A stretch of 64,000 bases of DNA from Gemmatimonadota bacterium (GCA_039715185.1 JBDLIA010000004.1:4503-68502), one strand, 5' to 3'; positions 1 to 10,309 are shown, numbered from the stretch's first letter. The notes: generated by a model from the sequence alone, not told the origin. Numbers and translations: made by a program.

Positions 1-117
1 GGCGCCGGGACCCTTGAGCATGGTGGGGATGCCCGCCGCGGCGAGGATGGCTACGGCGAGGTCGGCCTCGTACTGGGCCGCGTACTCGATGACCTGGGTC
101 CAGGTTGGTTCGCTCAT
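1..117 (-). CDS. 5' part of a small DUF2007-like protein; the gene runs off the window start
   Basis: Reverse-strand ATG at 117-115 opens MSEPTWTQVIEYAAQYEADLAVAILAAAGIPTMLKGPGA with high third-position GC. The EA..LA...L...GIP pattern resembles DUF2007 N-termini. It is absent from the ORF track because no stop lies in the window. Confidence 0.4.
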   Translation of the reverse strand, partial: MSEPTWTQVIEYAAQYEADLAVAILAAAGIPTMLKGPGA

Positions 118-293
118 ACCTCTGATACCTGTCACTCGCGATCGGGTTCATGCAGGCGTTCGGGCAACCCTTTGCGCTCGGCCCGAATCGGATTGGCGGT
201 TCGGGCGCGCAGCGGCCCGTCTCGCTATGTCGCGAACTCAAGAAGCGAGGCTAGATTGAACAGGTTGCTCTCCCAGCCCGAAGGATCCCTCCC

Positions 294-1469
294 ATGACCC
301 GACGATCCTGGCTCGCCCTGGCCGTCGCCGTCCTCGTCGTTACCGCGCTGGCCGCGGGCGTGGTCCTTCGACTCGGCGCGGTCGACGGCGCTTCTGAAAA
401 CGCCGCATCCGAGGCCGGCGAAACCGTAGAGGCCGGTGGAGCGGCGCGCGCGTCGGACGTGCCGATCCCCGTGGAGGGGGCCGAGGCGGTGCTGGACACG
501 CTCGTGCTCGCGGTGAAGGCGAACGGGCGGGCGTTTCCCGAGCGGTCGACGACGCTGCTCGCGCAGGTGGGTGGCCAGGTGGCCCGCGTTCCGGTCGGCG
601 AGAGCGACAGGGTAGGCGGCGGGCGCGTGCTCCTGTCGCTGGACCCGACCGAGTACCAGCTCGCGGTCGACGACGCCGAGGCCCAGGTGCGCCGCGCCGA
701 GGCCGAGTACCGCTCCATCACCCTCTTCGACGACCGCATCGAGGACACCGCGGTGCGCGAGGAGCGCGGCCGCGTCGCCCGCGCGCGCAGCGGCCTGGAC
801 CAGGCTGAGATCGCCTTGCGGCGCGCCGAGTTGGACCTGTCCAGAACGCGCGTCACGTCACCTTTCGGGGGCCGAGTCGCCGACGTCCAGGTCGTGGCGG
901 GTGAGTGGGTGCGGGCCGGCGATCCTCTGCTCACGGTGTCCGATCTCGACCCCATCCGCGTCGAGGCGCAGGTGCTGGAGACCGAGGTCGGCTATCTCCA
1001 GCCGGGCGGCGACGCGGCGGTGAGTTTCGCCGCGTGGCCGGACGAGCCGTTCCGCGGCACCATCCGCACGATCAATCCCCTGGTGGAGGGCGAGTCGCGC
1101 GTCGTGCGCGTTACCGTCGAGGTACCAAACCCCGACGGCCGCATTCTGCCGGGCATGTTCGCCGAGGTGTCGCTCGACGCGAGGCGCTTCCCGGACCGCG
1201 TGCTGATCCCGCGCGAGGCCGTGGTGGAGCGCGACCGGCGCAGCGTGGTCTTCGTGTACGAGGGCGATCGGAGCTCGGGGCTCGCCAAGTGGCGCTACGT
1301 GACGCCCGGTCTCGAGAACGACCTGGTCGTGGAGATCCTCGACGATCCCGAGACGGACGGGGTCAGCCCCGGCGACGTCGTGCTGACCGGCGGGCACTAC
1401 ACCCTCATCCACGACGCGCGCGTCCGACTGGTCGAGGACGCGGCGCGCTCCGGTGGGAGGCCGGACTGA
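294..1469 (+). CDS. RND efflux periplasmic adaptor (membrane fusion protein, HlyD/AcrA family)
   Basis: 391-aa ORF with an N-terminal TM anchor (WLALAVAVLVVTALAAGVVL) and a coiled-coil hairpin (EYQLAVDDAEAQVRRAEAEY...LDQAEIALRRAELDLSRT), followed by barrel domains. Its stop overlaps the next start (TGATG, 1467-1471). Confidence 0.9.
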   Translation: MTRRSWLALAVAVLVVTALAAGVVLRLGAVDGASENAASEAGETVEAGGAARASDVPIPVEGAEAVLDTLVLAVKANGRAFPERSTTLLAQVGGQVARVPVGESDRVGGGRVLLSLDPTEYQLAVDDAEAQVRRAEAEYRSITLFDDRIEDTAVREERGRVARARSGLDQAEIALRRAELDLSRTRVTSPFGGRVADVQVVAGEWVRAGDPLLTVSDLDPIRVEAQVLETEVGYLQPGGDAAVSFAAWPDEPFRGTIRTINPLVEGESRVVRVTVEVPNPDGRILPGMFAEVSLDARRFPDRVLIPREAVVERDRRSVVFVYEGDRSSGLAKWRYVTPGLENDLVVEILDDPETDGVSPGDVVLTGGHYTLIHDARVRLVEDAARSGGRPD

Positions 1470-2821
1470 TGCGGGGCGCGACGGCGGTGGTGGCGCTCGC
1501 GCTGCTCACGTTGCCAGCCTCGGCGGCAGCCCAGGCGGACGCGGTCCCGGTCGACCTCACGCTCGAGCGCGCCCTCGAGATCGCGCGCCTGCGGAGCCCT
1601 GCGCACGCGCGTAACCGTAATGACGCCGGCACGGCGTCCGCGCGGGTGAGAGCCGGCTGGGGCGGACTGCTGCCCAGCGTGGACGCGTCCATGGCGCTGT
1701 CCGGCTCGGACGCGCGGCGCGTGACCGGCGAGGACGACTTCGGCGAGCCGGTGCGGCTGTCCCAACCGCTGGAGTTCCAGAGCAGCAGCTCCAGCCAGCG
1801 CTTCTCCCTGGACTTCACGCTCTTCGACGGCGGCGCCAACTGGAACCGCCTTGCTTCCGCCAGGGCGCAGGAGCGCGCCACCACGGCGCGCATCGCGGGA
1901 TCCTGGATCGCGGTCGCGGCGGCCGTTGAGAGAGCCTATTGGGACGTGGCTCGCGGCGACCTGCTGGCGGGGCTGGAGGAGCGACTGCTGGCTGCCGCCC
2001 GGGAGCGGCTCGAGGCGACCGAGGAGCGGCTGCGGGTGGCGGCGGTGTCGCCCGTCGACGTGCTGGGGGCGCGCGTGGACGTGGCCACGCAGGAGCAGTC
2101 GCTGGAGGCCGCGCGGGGAAGCGCCCGCAAAGCGCGCCTGGCGCTGCTGGAGGTGATCGGCGTCGGCGGGTGGGTGGAGGTCAGCCCGAGCACCACACCG
2201 CCCGCCGTCTTCGACCCGGCCGGCTTGGCGGGCGACGACATCGTGGCGCTCGCGGTGGGGTCGAATCCATCCGTTCGCGAGGCGGACGCGCTCCTCGACG
2301 CCGCCGCCGAGGACGCGGACGTCGCGCGCGGCGACTGGTGGCCGCGCATATCGGCCAACCTCGGCCTCACGCGCGGCGCCAGCGTGAGCAGCTTCGACGC
2401 GCTCAGCGAGTTCAACCCCGAGAACCGCACGCTGAGTTTCGGCTTCGCCGCGTCGCTGCCGATCTTCGACCGCTTCGACAGGAGCTCGCGGACGGCCGCC
2501 GCCAACGCCGCCGAGGACGACGCGCGCCAGGACCGGCGGGCCACCTCGCTGCGCGTGGAGCGGGAGGTGCGTGAGGCGCTCATCGACCTGCAGAACGCTT
2601 ACCGCGCCGTGCTGCTCGCGCGGCAGGCGGCTTCGCTTAGCGTGGAGCGACTCGAATTGCAGCAGGAGCTGTTCGCGCTGGGCTCGGTGCAGTTTACCGA
2701 CCTGCAGCGGGTCATCGAGGAGGCCGCCGCGCAGGAGCGCCGGGCGATCAACGCGCGCTACGACTTCGAACGCGCCCGCGTGACGCTGGAGGAGCGCGCG
2801 GGCGCGGCAGTGCGCCCGTGA
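1469..2821 (+). CDS. TolC-like outer membrane efflux protein (OMF)
   Basis: Internal ATG at 1469 of the 905..2821 ORF gives a signal peptide MRGATAVVALALLTLPASAAAQA. There are two repeated alpha-helical/beta-barrel halves with typical OMF phrases (LTLERALEIA, YDFERARVTLE). The part upstream of 1469 overlaps the adaptor gene in another frame. Confidence 0.85.
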   Translation: MRGATAVVALALLTLPASAAAQADAVPVDLTLERALEIARLRSPAHARNRNDAGTASARVRAGWGGLLPSVDASMALSGSDARRVTGEDDFGEPVRLSQPLEFQSSSSSQRFSLDFTLFDGGANWNRLASARAQERATTARIAGSWIAVAAAVERAYWDVARGDLLAGLEERLLAAARERLEATEERLRVAAVSPVDVLGARVDVATQEQSLEAARGSARKARLALLEVIGVGGWVEVSPSTTPPAVFDPAGLAGDDIVALAVGSNPSVREADALLDAAAEDADVARGDWWPRISANLGLTRGASVSSFDALSEFNPENRTLSFGFAASLPIFDRFDRSSRTAAANAAEDDARQDRRATSLRVEREVREALIDLQNAYRAVLLARQAASLSVERLELQQELFALGSVQFTDLQRVIEEAAAQERRAINARYDFERARVTLEERAGAAVRP

Positions 2822-5800
2822 GCTTGCCGCGCCTGTCGATCGCGCGCCCCGTGGGCGTCGCGATGCTGTTCATCGGCGTGCTGGTGCTGGGCGCGATCTC
2901 CTTCGGCCGCCTGCCCACGGACCTGCTGCCGGACGTGTCCTATCCGCGCCTGGTTGTGTTCACCGCGTACCCGGATGTCGCGCCCACCGAGGTCGAGCGC
3001 CTGGTCACCGAGCCGGTGGAGGCGCAGGTGTCCGCGGTGGCCGGAGTGGAGCGCATCGAGAGCGTGTCGCGCGAGGGCGCCTCCTACGTGACGCTGCGCT
3101 TCGCGTGGGGCATCGACATGGACTTCGCGGCGCTGGGCGTGCGCGAGAAGCTCGATAACCTGCGCGACGTGCTGCCGGACCTCGCGGACCGCCCGGTGGT
3201 GCTGCGCACCGACCCCACCGCGGACCCCGTCATGGCGCTCAGCGTCACGGGACCGGTCGACCTGTGGGGGCTCAAGGAGCAGGCCGAGTCGGTCTTCAAG
3301 CGGCGCCTGGAGCAGATCGACGGCGTGGCGCAGGCGGCCGTCGTGGGCGGGCTCGATCGCGAGATCCAGGTGGACGTGGACCCGCGCAAGCTGGACAACC
3401 TGGGCCTCACCGTCGCCGACATCGCGCGCGCGCTGGACGACGCCAACGTGAGCGCCCCGGGCGGCAGCGTGCGGCGCGGCCGCTACCGCTACTCGCTTCG
3501 TACGCTGGGCGAATTCCAGGCCGTCGATGAGATCGCCCAGGTCGTGATCGGCCCCGCCCGCGGGGCACCGGGGTTCGATCCATCCTCTCCGGCCGGCTCG
3601 ACCGGAGAAGAGAGCGCGACGGGCGCGGCGCTGATTCGGGTGCGCGACGTGGCGACCGTGCGCGACGGCTTTCGCGAGCGCGAGTCGATCGCCCGCGCCA
3701 ACGGCCGCGAGGCGGTCGGGCTGCTGCTGTTCAAGGAGTCGGGCGCCAACACCGTGCAGGTGGCCGAGCGCGTGGAGGACGCGCTCCTCATCCTGCGCGC
3801 GGAGTATCCCGACCTGGATTTCGCCGTGCCGATGAGCCAGGCCGGCTTCATCTCGGACGCCATCTCCAACGTCGCGCAGGCGCTGCTGCTCGGGGGCGTC
3901 CTGGCGTTCCTGGTGCTCTTCCTGTTCCTGCGGGACGCGCGCTACCCGGTCGCTATCGCGCTCGCCATCCCCATCTCGGTCGTCGGCACCTTCGCCCTGC
4001 TGGACGCGGCGGGTGTGTCGCTGAACATCATGAGCCTGGGCGGGCTCGCGCTGGGCGTCGGCATGCTGGTCGACAACTCGATCGTGGTGCTGGAGAACGT
4101 CTTCCGGCACCGTGAATCCGGCGAGAGCCTCAGCGACGCGGACAGCGCGGCCCTCGGCGCGGAGGAAGTGACCGGCGCCATCACCGCTTCCACGCTGACC
4201 ACAATCGCCGTGTTCGGTCCCGTCCTGTACGTGCGGGGAGTGGCCGGCGAGTTGTTCGGAGACCTGTCGCTGGCGGTGGCCTTCTCGCTGCTCGCGTCGC
4301 TGCTGGTGGCGATCACGCTGCTGCCCGCGTTGGCGGCGCGCTGGGTGGGAGGGGGCGCGGACGCCGGGCCCGTGAGGCGCATCGCGCGCGCGGCGGGCGG
4401 AGCCATCGGCGCGCTCATCGCGGCCGCCGCCAGGCCCGCTCTGGACGCCTTCGACCGCGCCTTCGGGCGCTTCGCCGAGTGGTACCACGGCGTGCTGGAG
4501 GCGGCCCTCGCGCGGCGCGCCCGGGTGGTGGCGGTGTCCGCCGCGCTGCTGGCGCTGGCCGTCCTGGTGGGCGTCTTCACGGAGCGCTCGGTGCTCCCCG
4601 AGGTTGAGCAGGGCGCCTTCCAGGCCCGGCTCGAGCTGGCCCGCGGCACGCCCCTGGAGGCCACCGACGAGATCGCCGCGCGTGTGGAAGCGGCGCTGCT
4701 GGAGGACGCCGACGTGGAGGCCGTCTTCACCCGGGTGGGTCGGCAGAACGCCGTGGGCACGCTGAACGAGGACGAGGGCGGCCTGCACACCGCCGTCCTC
4801 GAGGCGCGGCTCACGCCAGGGGCCTCCAGCCGCGACGTGATCGCCCGCACCCGCGCCGCGCTGCCGGGACTGCCGGCGGGCGCGCTGACCATGGAGGCCG
4901 GCCAGGCCACCGCGCTGGGTCGGCTGGTGGGGGGAGATGACGGCTCTGACCTGGCGGTGCGCGTGCGCGGGGAGGAGCTGGAGCCGATGCTCGCCTACGC
5001 GGCCGAACTGGAGAGTCGGCTCGCCGAGCGACCCGGCCTCGACAACGTCCGGCTGGGCGTCGAGCTGGGGCAGCCCGAGGTGCGCCTGAGCGTGGACCGA
5101 GACCGGCTCGCCTCCTACGGACTGCGGCCCTCCGAGCTGTCGGGCACGGTGGAGGCGTACATGCGCGGGAGCGTCGCGACCGAGTTCGTGGCGTTCGACC
5201 GCAAGGTCCCGGTCGTGGTCCGCCTCCCCGAGGACGCCCGCCGCGATCCCGCCACGCTCGACCGGCTGCGCGTGGGTGACGTGCCGCTGCGCCAGCTCGT
5301 CCGCTCGACCGAGCAGCTCGGCCCGGCCGAGGTGCGTAGGCTGGACCAGAACCGCGTCGTACCGGTGCACGTGGACGCCGCGGGGTCGATCGAGGACGGC
5401 GTCGCGGAGGTTCAGGCGGCGCTCGCCGGGCTGCCCACGCCGCGCGGCATCCGCGTCGAGGTGGCCGGCGAGAACACGGAGATGCGGCGCAGCTTTCGCG
5501 AGCTCGCGTTCGCGTTCACGCTGGCGCTGCTGCTCGTCTACATGATCCTGGCGGCGCAGTTCGAGAGCTTCCTGCATCCCTTCACCATCCTGCTCAGCGT
5601 GCCGCTCGCGCTCGTCGGCTCGCTGCTGGCCCTGGCGGTCACCGGCAGCGGCCTCAACACCATGAGCCTCATCGGCGTGGTGATCCTCGTGGGCATCGTG
5701 GTGAACGACGCCATCATCAAGGTGGACTTCATCAACCAGGCGCGCGCCCGCGGGGCGGAGGTCCACGCGGCGATCCTGGAGGCCGGTCGCGCGCGCCTGC

Positions 5801-6027
5801 GGCCGATCCTGATGACCACCGTGACGACCGTCCTGGGCCTGACCCCCATGGCGCTCGGCATAGGCCGCGGCGCGGACCTGCGGGCGCCGCTCGCCATCGC
5901 CGTAATCGGCGGCCTCCTGACCGCCACCGCGCTGACGCTGATCGTCGTGCCGGTTGCGTACGCGCTGGTGGAGGATGTGCGGTTGGCGTTTGTCGGCGCC
6001 CCGGCGAGCGTGGAGGCCCCACGGTGA
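2818..6027 (+). CDS. RND efflux permease, AcrB/CzcA superfamily (pump 1)
   Basis: 1069 aa with a 12-TM plus two large periplasmic loop layout. Hallmark segments are SLGGLALGVGMLVDNSIVVLENV and SLIGVVILVGIVVNDAIIKVDF. It has GTGA overlaps at both ends. Confidence 0.95.
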   Translation: MSLPRLSIARPVGVAMLFIGVLVLGAISFGRLPTDLLPDVSYPRLVVFTAYPDVAPTEVERLVTEPVEAQVSAVAGVERIESVSREGASYVTLRFAWGIDMDFAALGVREKLDNLRDVLPDLADRPVVLRTDPTADPVMALSVTGPVDLWGLKEQAESVFKRRLEQIDGVAQAAVVGGLDREIQVDVDPRKLDNLGLTVADIARALDDANVSAPGGSVRRGRYRYSLRTLGEFQAVDEIAQVVIGPARGAPGFDPSSPAGSTGEESATGAALIRVRDVATVRDGFRERESIARANGREAVGLLLFKESGANTVQVAERVEDALLILRAEYPDLDFAVPMSQAGFISDAISNVAQALLLGGVLAFLVLFLFLRDARYPVAIALAIPISVVGTFALLDAAGVSLNIMSLGGLALGVGMLVDNSIVVLENVFRHRESGESLSDADSAALGAEEVTGAITASTLTTIAVFGPVLYVRGVAGELFGDLSLAVAFSLLASLLVAITLLPALAARWVGGGADAGPVRRIARAAGGAIGALIAAAARPALDAFDRAFGRFAEWYHGVLEAALARRARVVAVSAALLALAVLVGVFTERSVLPEVEQGAFQARLELARGTPLEATDEIAARVEAALLEDADVEAVFTRVGRQNAVGTLNEDEGGLHTAVLEARLTPGASSRDVIARTRAALPGLPAGALTMEAGQATALGRLVGGDDGSDLAVRVRGEELEPMLAYAAELESRLAERPGLDNVRLGVELGQPEVRLSVDRDRLASYGLRPSELSGTVEAYMRGSVATEFVAFDRKVPVVVRLPEDARRDPATLDRLRVGDVPLRQLVRSTEQLGPAEVRRLDQNRVVPVHVDAAGSIEDGVAEVQAALAGLPTPRGIRVEVAGENTEMRRSFRELAFAFTLALLLVYMILAAQFESFLHPFTILLSVPLALVGSLLALAVTGSGLNTMSLIGVVILVGIVVNDAIIKVDFINQARARGAEVHAAILEAGRARLRPILMTTVTTVLGLTPMALGIGRGADLRAPLAIAVIGGLLTATALTLIVVPVAYALVEDVRLAFVGAPASVEAPR

Positions 6028-9000
6028 TCCGCCACATCGTGCGCCGGCCCGTGGCCGTCACCATGGCCTACGTGGCGGTGGCGTTCCTGGGCGTGGCGGC
6101 GTGGCGCAACGTCCCCGTGGAGCTGCTGCCGGACGCGGACCTGCCGCGCCTGAGCGTGCGCGCGGAATGGCCGGGGTCATCGCCCGAGACCACCGAGGCG
6201 TTTCTCACGTCGCCGCTGGAGGCCGCGGTCCAGCAGGTGCGCGGCGTGGAGAAGGTCACGTCGGTGTCCAGCCAGGAGTTCGGGAGAGGGATAGCGAGCG
6301 TGGACGTGGAGTTCGCGCGCGACACCGACATGGACTTCGCGCGCCTGGACCTGTCGGAGCGGGTCGCCGCGCTGGAGAACGACCTGCCGCCGGGCGCCGG
6401 GCGCGTGGAGGTCTCCGACTGGGTCCCCGACGAGTTCAGCGACCAGAACCAGCCGGTCCTGGCCTACACGGTCACGGGACCGCACACGCTGGAGGCGCTG
6501 CGCGAGCACGTCGAGGAGAAGATCGCGCCCGAGCTCAGGCAGGTCGAAGGGGTGTCGGAGGTATTCGCCTACGGCGGCCGCGACCGCGTGCTCGAGGTCG
6601 AGCTGGACGAAGCTCGAGTCCGCTCGCTGGGACTGGGGGTGGGCGAGGTGCGCGACCGGCTGCTCGAGCTGGAGCAGGTCATCGAGGCCGGCGCCGTGGA
6701 GGCCGGCGGCGTGGTGCGCAACGTGGCCATCCGCGACCGACCGGAGTCGCTGCAAGCGCTGCTGGACGCGCCCGTCATGACGACTGCGGACCGCACCGTC
6801 CGCCTGCGTGACATCGCCAAGGTGCGCGCCACCTTCGACGAGGCGCGCGGCTACTACCGCATCGACGGCAGGCCCGCGGTCCAGTTCGTTGTCTACCGGC
6901 GGTTGGGCGCCAACACGGTGCGGCTCGCCGACGACGTGAAGGAGCGGGTGGCCGCGCTGGAGGCCGGCTTGCCCCCGGGGGCGAGCGTGATCCTGGACGA
7001 CGACCAGAGCCGGGACATCCGGGCGCAGCTCTCCGACTTGCGCTTCCGCGCGTTCTTCGCCGCCGGCGTGATCTTCCTGGTGCTGCTGGCGTTCCTGGGG
7101 TCGGTCGCGTCGGCCGTCATCGTCTTCGCCACCATCGCCTTCAGCATCCTGCTCGCCGTCAACCTGATCTACTTCGGCGGGCTCACGCTCAACGTGCTGA
7201 CGCTGATGGGCCTGGCGATGGGCTTCGGGCTGATCGTCGACAACGCGATCGTCGTGCTGGAGAACATCTTCCGGCACGTAAGCCGAGGCCAGGCGGGCGG
7301 GCGCCTCCAGGCTGCGGAGGCGGGCGCCTCCGAGGTGATCCTGCCCATTCTGGCGGCGACGGCCACCACGCTGGTCGTGCTGATCCCGTTCGTGTACCTC
7401 CAGGGTGAGCTGCGGGTGTACTACGTGCCGCTCGCGACCGTGGTGGGCTTCGGATTGCTCGCCAGCTTGTTCGTCGCGTTCACGTTCATCCCCGCGATGG
7501 CCGGGCGCGTGCGGCTGGAGGGCGGCGCCCGCGCGGCGCGCGGCAGGGAGCGGCCCCCGAGGTACCTTCGCCTGTACCGCGGCCTGGTCGGCATCACGCT
7601 CAGATTTCCGATCGTGACCGTAGCCATAGCTGGGTTGATGCTAGGCGGTTCCGCGTTCTTGTTTCAGCGATACGTGAGTCGAGGCGTGGTCTGGGGCGGG
7701 CTGAGCCAGCAGGAGACGTTCGTCGACGTGCAGATCCGCATGCCGCGCGGCGAGGAGCTGGCGCGCGCGGACGACCTGGTCAGGCACTTCGAGGCGCGCG
7801 TCGCCGGGCTGGGAGACATCGACCGCTACGTGAGCCGGGTGCGCCCCGGCTGGGGCTGGATCCGGATCACGTTCCCCGAGGACGTCGAGCGTACCGACTA
7901 TCCTCTCGCGGTCCAGGACGAGCTCACCGCCTACTCGTACCTGTTCGGCGGCACCAACGTGCGCGTTTTCGGCCGCGGGCCGGCCTTCTACGGAGGGGGC
8001 AGCTCGCCGCCCAACTACTCGATCAAGGTCCTGGGCTACAACTACGTCACGGTGCGGGAGATCGCCGTGGACCTGGGGCGCAGGCTGGAGCGCTTCAGCC
8101 GCATACGCGAGGTGGACACCAACGCCAGCGGTCAGTTCTTCCAGCGGGATAGGGCGACCGAGGCCGTGCTGGCGCTGGACCGCGTGGCGCTGGCCCGACA
8201 CGGCCTCACGGCGCGCGACGTCGTGGAGGAAGTGAACGCCGCGGTGCGCACCAGCGAGCGCGGCCGCCCTGTGCGCATCGAGGGCGACGAAATGCAGGTA
8301 TCGGTCAAGCTCGCGGGGCACGAGACCATCGACAACGTGGAGCTGCTTCAGCTCCTGATCCCGGCGCCCGCGGGCGGCACCGTGCGCTTGGCCGACGTCG
8401 CTACGCTGTCCGAGCGCGACGTGCTGGCGCGCATTACGCGCGAGAATCAGCAGTACGAGCGACGCGTCGCCTACGAGTTCCGGGGGCCCCGCAAGCTGGG
8501 CGACGAGATCACGCGGCGGGTCATCGAGGCCACCGCGGTCCCCACCGGTTACACGATCGAGTCGGGCAATCTGTGGGCATGGTCCCTGGGCGAACGGAAC
8601 CAGATCTACGGCGTGCTGCTGGTGTCCCTCCTGCTGGTGTTCGGCGTCACCGCGACCTTGTTCGAGTCGCTCAGGCAGCCGTTCGTGGTGTTGTTGACCG
8701 TGCCGATGGCGCTGGTGGGAGTCTTCCTGGTGTTCTTCTACACGGGCGCGAGCTTCACGCGCGAGGCGTACGTCGGCGTGATCATGATGGGCGGCATCGT
8801 GGTCAACAACGCCATCCTGCTCGTGGACCACGTGAACCAGAAGCGCCGCCGCGACGGCCTGGCGCTGCGGGACGCGGTGCTGGAGGGGACGCTCGAGCGG
8901 GTCCGGCCCATCCTGATGACCAGCGCCACGACGATCCTGGGCCTGCTGCCGCTGGTGTTGTTCAGCGGCGCCGCGGACGCGAACATCTGGAACGCGCTGG

Positions 9001-9182
9001 GCTACGCGCTCGTCGGCGGCCTGGCCGCCAGTACCGTGTTCGTGCTCACCGTGACGCCCGCGCTCTACCTGCTGGCCGAGCGACGCGCGGAGCGCAGGGC
9101 AGGGGAATCGGTGCGTCCGCCGCGCACCGGCGCTGTCCTGCCCGCGGCCGCCGGATCGTTCTCGGGAGGAGGGAGCATCTAG
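6024..9182 (+). CDS. RND efflux permease, AcrB/CzcA superfamily (pump 2, paralog of pump 1)
   Basis: 1052 aa with the same architecture as pump 1 (LMGLAMGFGLIVDNAIVVLENIF; GVIMMGGIVVNNAILLVDHV). Its start GTG 6024 overlaps the stop of pump 1. Confidence 0.95.
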   Translation: MIRHIVRRPVAVTMAYVAVAFLGVAAWRNVPVELLPDADLPRLSVRAEWPGSSPETTEAFLTSPLEAAVQQVRGVEKVTSVSSQEFGRGIASVDVEFARDTDMDFARLDLSERVAALENDLPPGAGRVEVSDWVPDEFSDQNQPVLAYTVTGPHTLEALREHVEEKIAPELRQVEGVSEVFAYGGRDRVLEVELDEARVRSLGLGVGEVRDRLLELEQVIEAGAVEAGGVVRNVAIRDRPESLQALLDAPVMTTADRTVRLRDIAKVRATFDEARGYYRIDGRPAVQFVVYRRLGANTVRLADDVKERVAALEAGLPPGASVILDDDQSRDIRAQLSDLRFRAFFAAGVIFLVLLAFLGSVASAVIVFATIAFSILLAVNLIYFGGLTLNVLTLMGLAMGFGLIVDNAIVVLENIFRHVSRGQAGGRLQAAEAGASEVILPILAATATTLVVLIPFVYLQGELRVYYVPLATVVGFGLLASLFVAFTFIPAMAGRVRLEGGARAARGRERPPRYLRLYRGLVGITLRFPIVTVAIAGLMLGGSAFLFQRYVSRGVVWGGLSQQETFVDVQIRMPRGEELARADDLVRHFEARVAGLGDIDRYVSRVRPGWGWIRITFPEDVERTDYPLAVQDELTAYSYLFGGTNVRVFGRGPAFYGGGSSPPNYSIKVLGYNYVTVREIAVDLGRRLERFSRIREVDTNASGQFFQRDRATEAVLALDRVALARHGLTARDVVEEVNAAVRTSERGRPVRIEGDEMQVSVKLAGHETIDNVELLQLLIPAPAGGTVRLADVATLSERDVLARITRENQQYERRVAYEFRGPRKLGDEITRRVIEATAVPTGYTIESGNLWAWSLGERNQIYGVLLVSLLLVFGVTATLFESLRQPFVVLLTVPMALVGVFLVFFYTGASFTREAYVGVIMMGGIVVNNAILLVDHVNQKRRRDGLALRDAVLEGTLERVRPILMTSATTILGLLPLVLFSGAADANIWNALGYALVGGLAASTVFVLTVTPALYLLAERRAERRAGESVRPPRTGAVLPAAAGSFSGGGSI

Positions 9183-9209
9183 GCCTTTCCCGGGAGACGA
9201 AGACACGCG

Positions 9210-10232
9210 ATGTCCTGCATGCCACGACGTTCGATCCCGTCCTTCGTTGTGTTTCTCTCTTGCCTGGTCTTCGGCTGCGGCGATGACGGAACCACGCTGG
9301 CGGGAGATCCGCCCGATTCGGGGCCTGAATTCTCCGGCACGCTCCTGGTGGTCAACAAGAGCGCCGCCAGCCTCTCCTTCGTCGACCCCAACGACGGCTC
9401 CAGGCTCGCCGACGTGACTACCGGCTTCGGGCCGCACGAGGTCGCGCTGTCGCCCGACGCGTCCACCGCGTACGTGACCAACTACGGCAGCGGCCCCTCG
9501 CCCGGTAACTCGCTCACCGTGGTGGACGTGGCGACCCGGAGCCGGCTGGCGACCGTGGACCTGGGAACCGACACCGCCCCGCACGGGATCGCCACGTCGC
9601 AGGACGGGCGCGTCTGGGTCACCACCGAAGGACCCGGGCGGGTGATCTGGGTGGACCCCGACGCGCTCACGGTGGACGACGGCTTCGCCACCAACCAGGC
9701 GGTGACTCACATGATCGCGGTGACGGCCGACGGCGGTCGAGCCTATGCGGCGAACATCGGCGGCGGCAGCGCCACCCGCATCATCACCTCCACCGGCGCG
9801 GTGACCAGCGTGGCGACGGGCGCGGGCGCCGAGGGGATAGCGCTGTCGGCGGACGGTTCGCGCCTCTACGTGACCAACCGGGCCGCCGGCACCGTGAGCG
9901 AGATCGACACGGGTTCGTTTCAGGTGCTCCGCACGCTATCGACCGGAAGCTTCCCCATCCGAGTGCAGATGCGCGCGGGCGCCGGGCAACTGATCATCAC
10001 CGACCCGATGGACGATGAGCTCGTCGTGGTGGACATCGGCGACTGGATCGTGTCGACCAGGGTGGCGGTGCAGGGAGCTCCCATCGGCGTCCTCCTGGAC
10101 CCCTCCGGCCGCTACGCCTTCGTGGCGCGAACCGCCGCCGACCGAGTGGCGGTCGTGGATCTCCAGGACGGCTCCACCGTGCGACAATTGCCCACCGGGG
10201 CGAACCCCGATGGTCTCGCCTGGCTGCCTTGA
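9210..10232 (+). CDS. YVTN-type beta-propeller repeat lipoprotein
   Basis: 340 aa with a lipobox signal peptide (FLSCLVFGC). It has repeated about 40-aa blades with AYVTNYGSG, LYVTNRAAGTVSEID and AFVARTAADRVAVVD motifs. It starts 27 nt after the second RND gene. Confidence 0.8.
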   Translation: MSCMPRRSIPSFVVFLSCLVFGCGDDGTTLAGDPPDSGPEFSGTLLVVNKSAASLSFVDPNDGSRLADVTTGFGPHEVALSPDASTAYVTNYGSGPSPGNSLTVVDVATRSRLATVDLGTDTAPHGIATSQDGRVWVTTEGPGRVIWVDPDALTVDDGFATNQAVTHMIAVTADGGRAYAANIGGGSATRIITSTGAVTSVATGAGAEGIALSADGSRLYVTNRAAGTVSEIDTGSFQVLRTLSTGSFPIRVQMRAGAGQLIITDPMDDELVVVDIGDWIVSTRVAVQGAPIGVLLDPSGRYAFVARTAADRVAVVDLQDGSTVRQLPTGANPDGLAWLP

Positions 10233-10309
10233 AGTGGCGATCTTGAAGGAACCCCACCCGGGCGTCGTAGGGGTGCGGGGACTTCACACCACGCCACGCG
10301 GAGGCAGCC

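Noticed and set aside
905-1468. Long 5' extensions of track ORFs: 905-1468, 13533-13961, 16738-16845, 17975-18367, 19531-19659, 22557-22895, 23218-23592, 28917-29189, 29252-30172, 49006-49800, and the - strand extensions 37030-37686 and 55516-55713
   Set aside because: Each extension overlaps the preceding gene in another frame and is Arg/Pro/Gly-rich. Each is followed by an internal start that forms a 1-4 nt overlap with the upstream stop or gives a proper signal peptide or N-terminus.
2758-5766. A 1002-aa - strand ORF antisense to the first RND pump
   Set aside because: This is the same artefact. The + strand frame carries unmistakable AcrB-family motifs, and the antisense product is low-complexity R/G/D/H/Q.
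7641-9710. A 689-aa - strand ORF antisense to RND pump 2 and the propeller gene
   Set aside because: It crosses a gene boundary on the other strand and has biased composition with no motifs.
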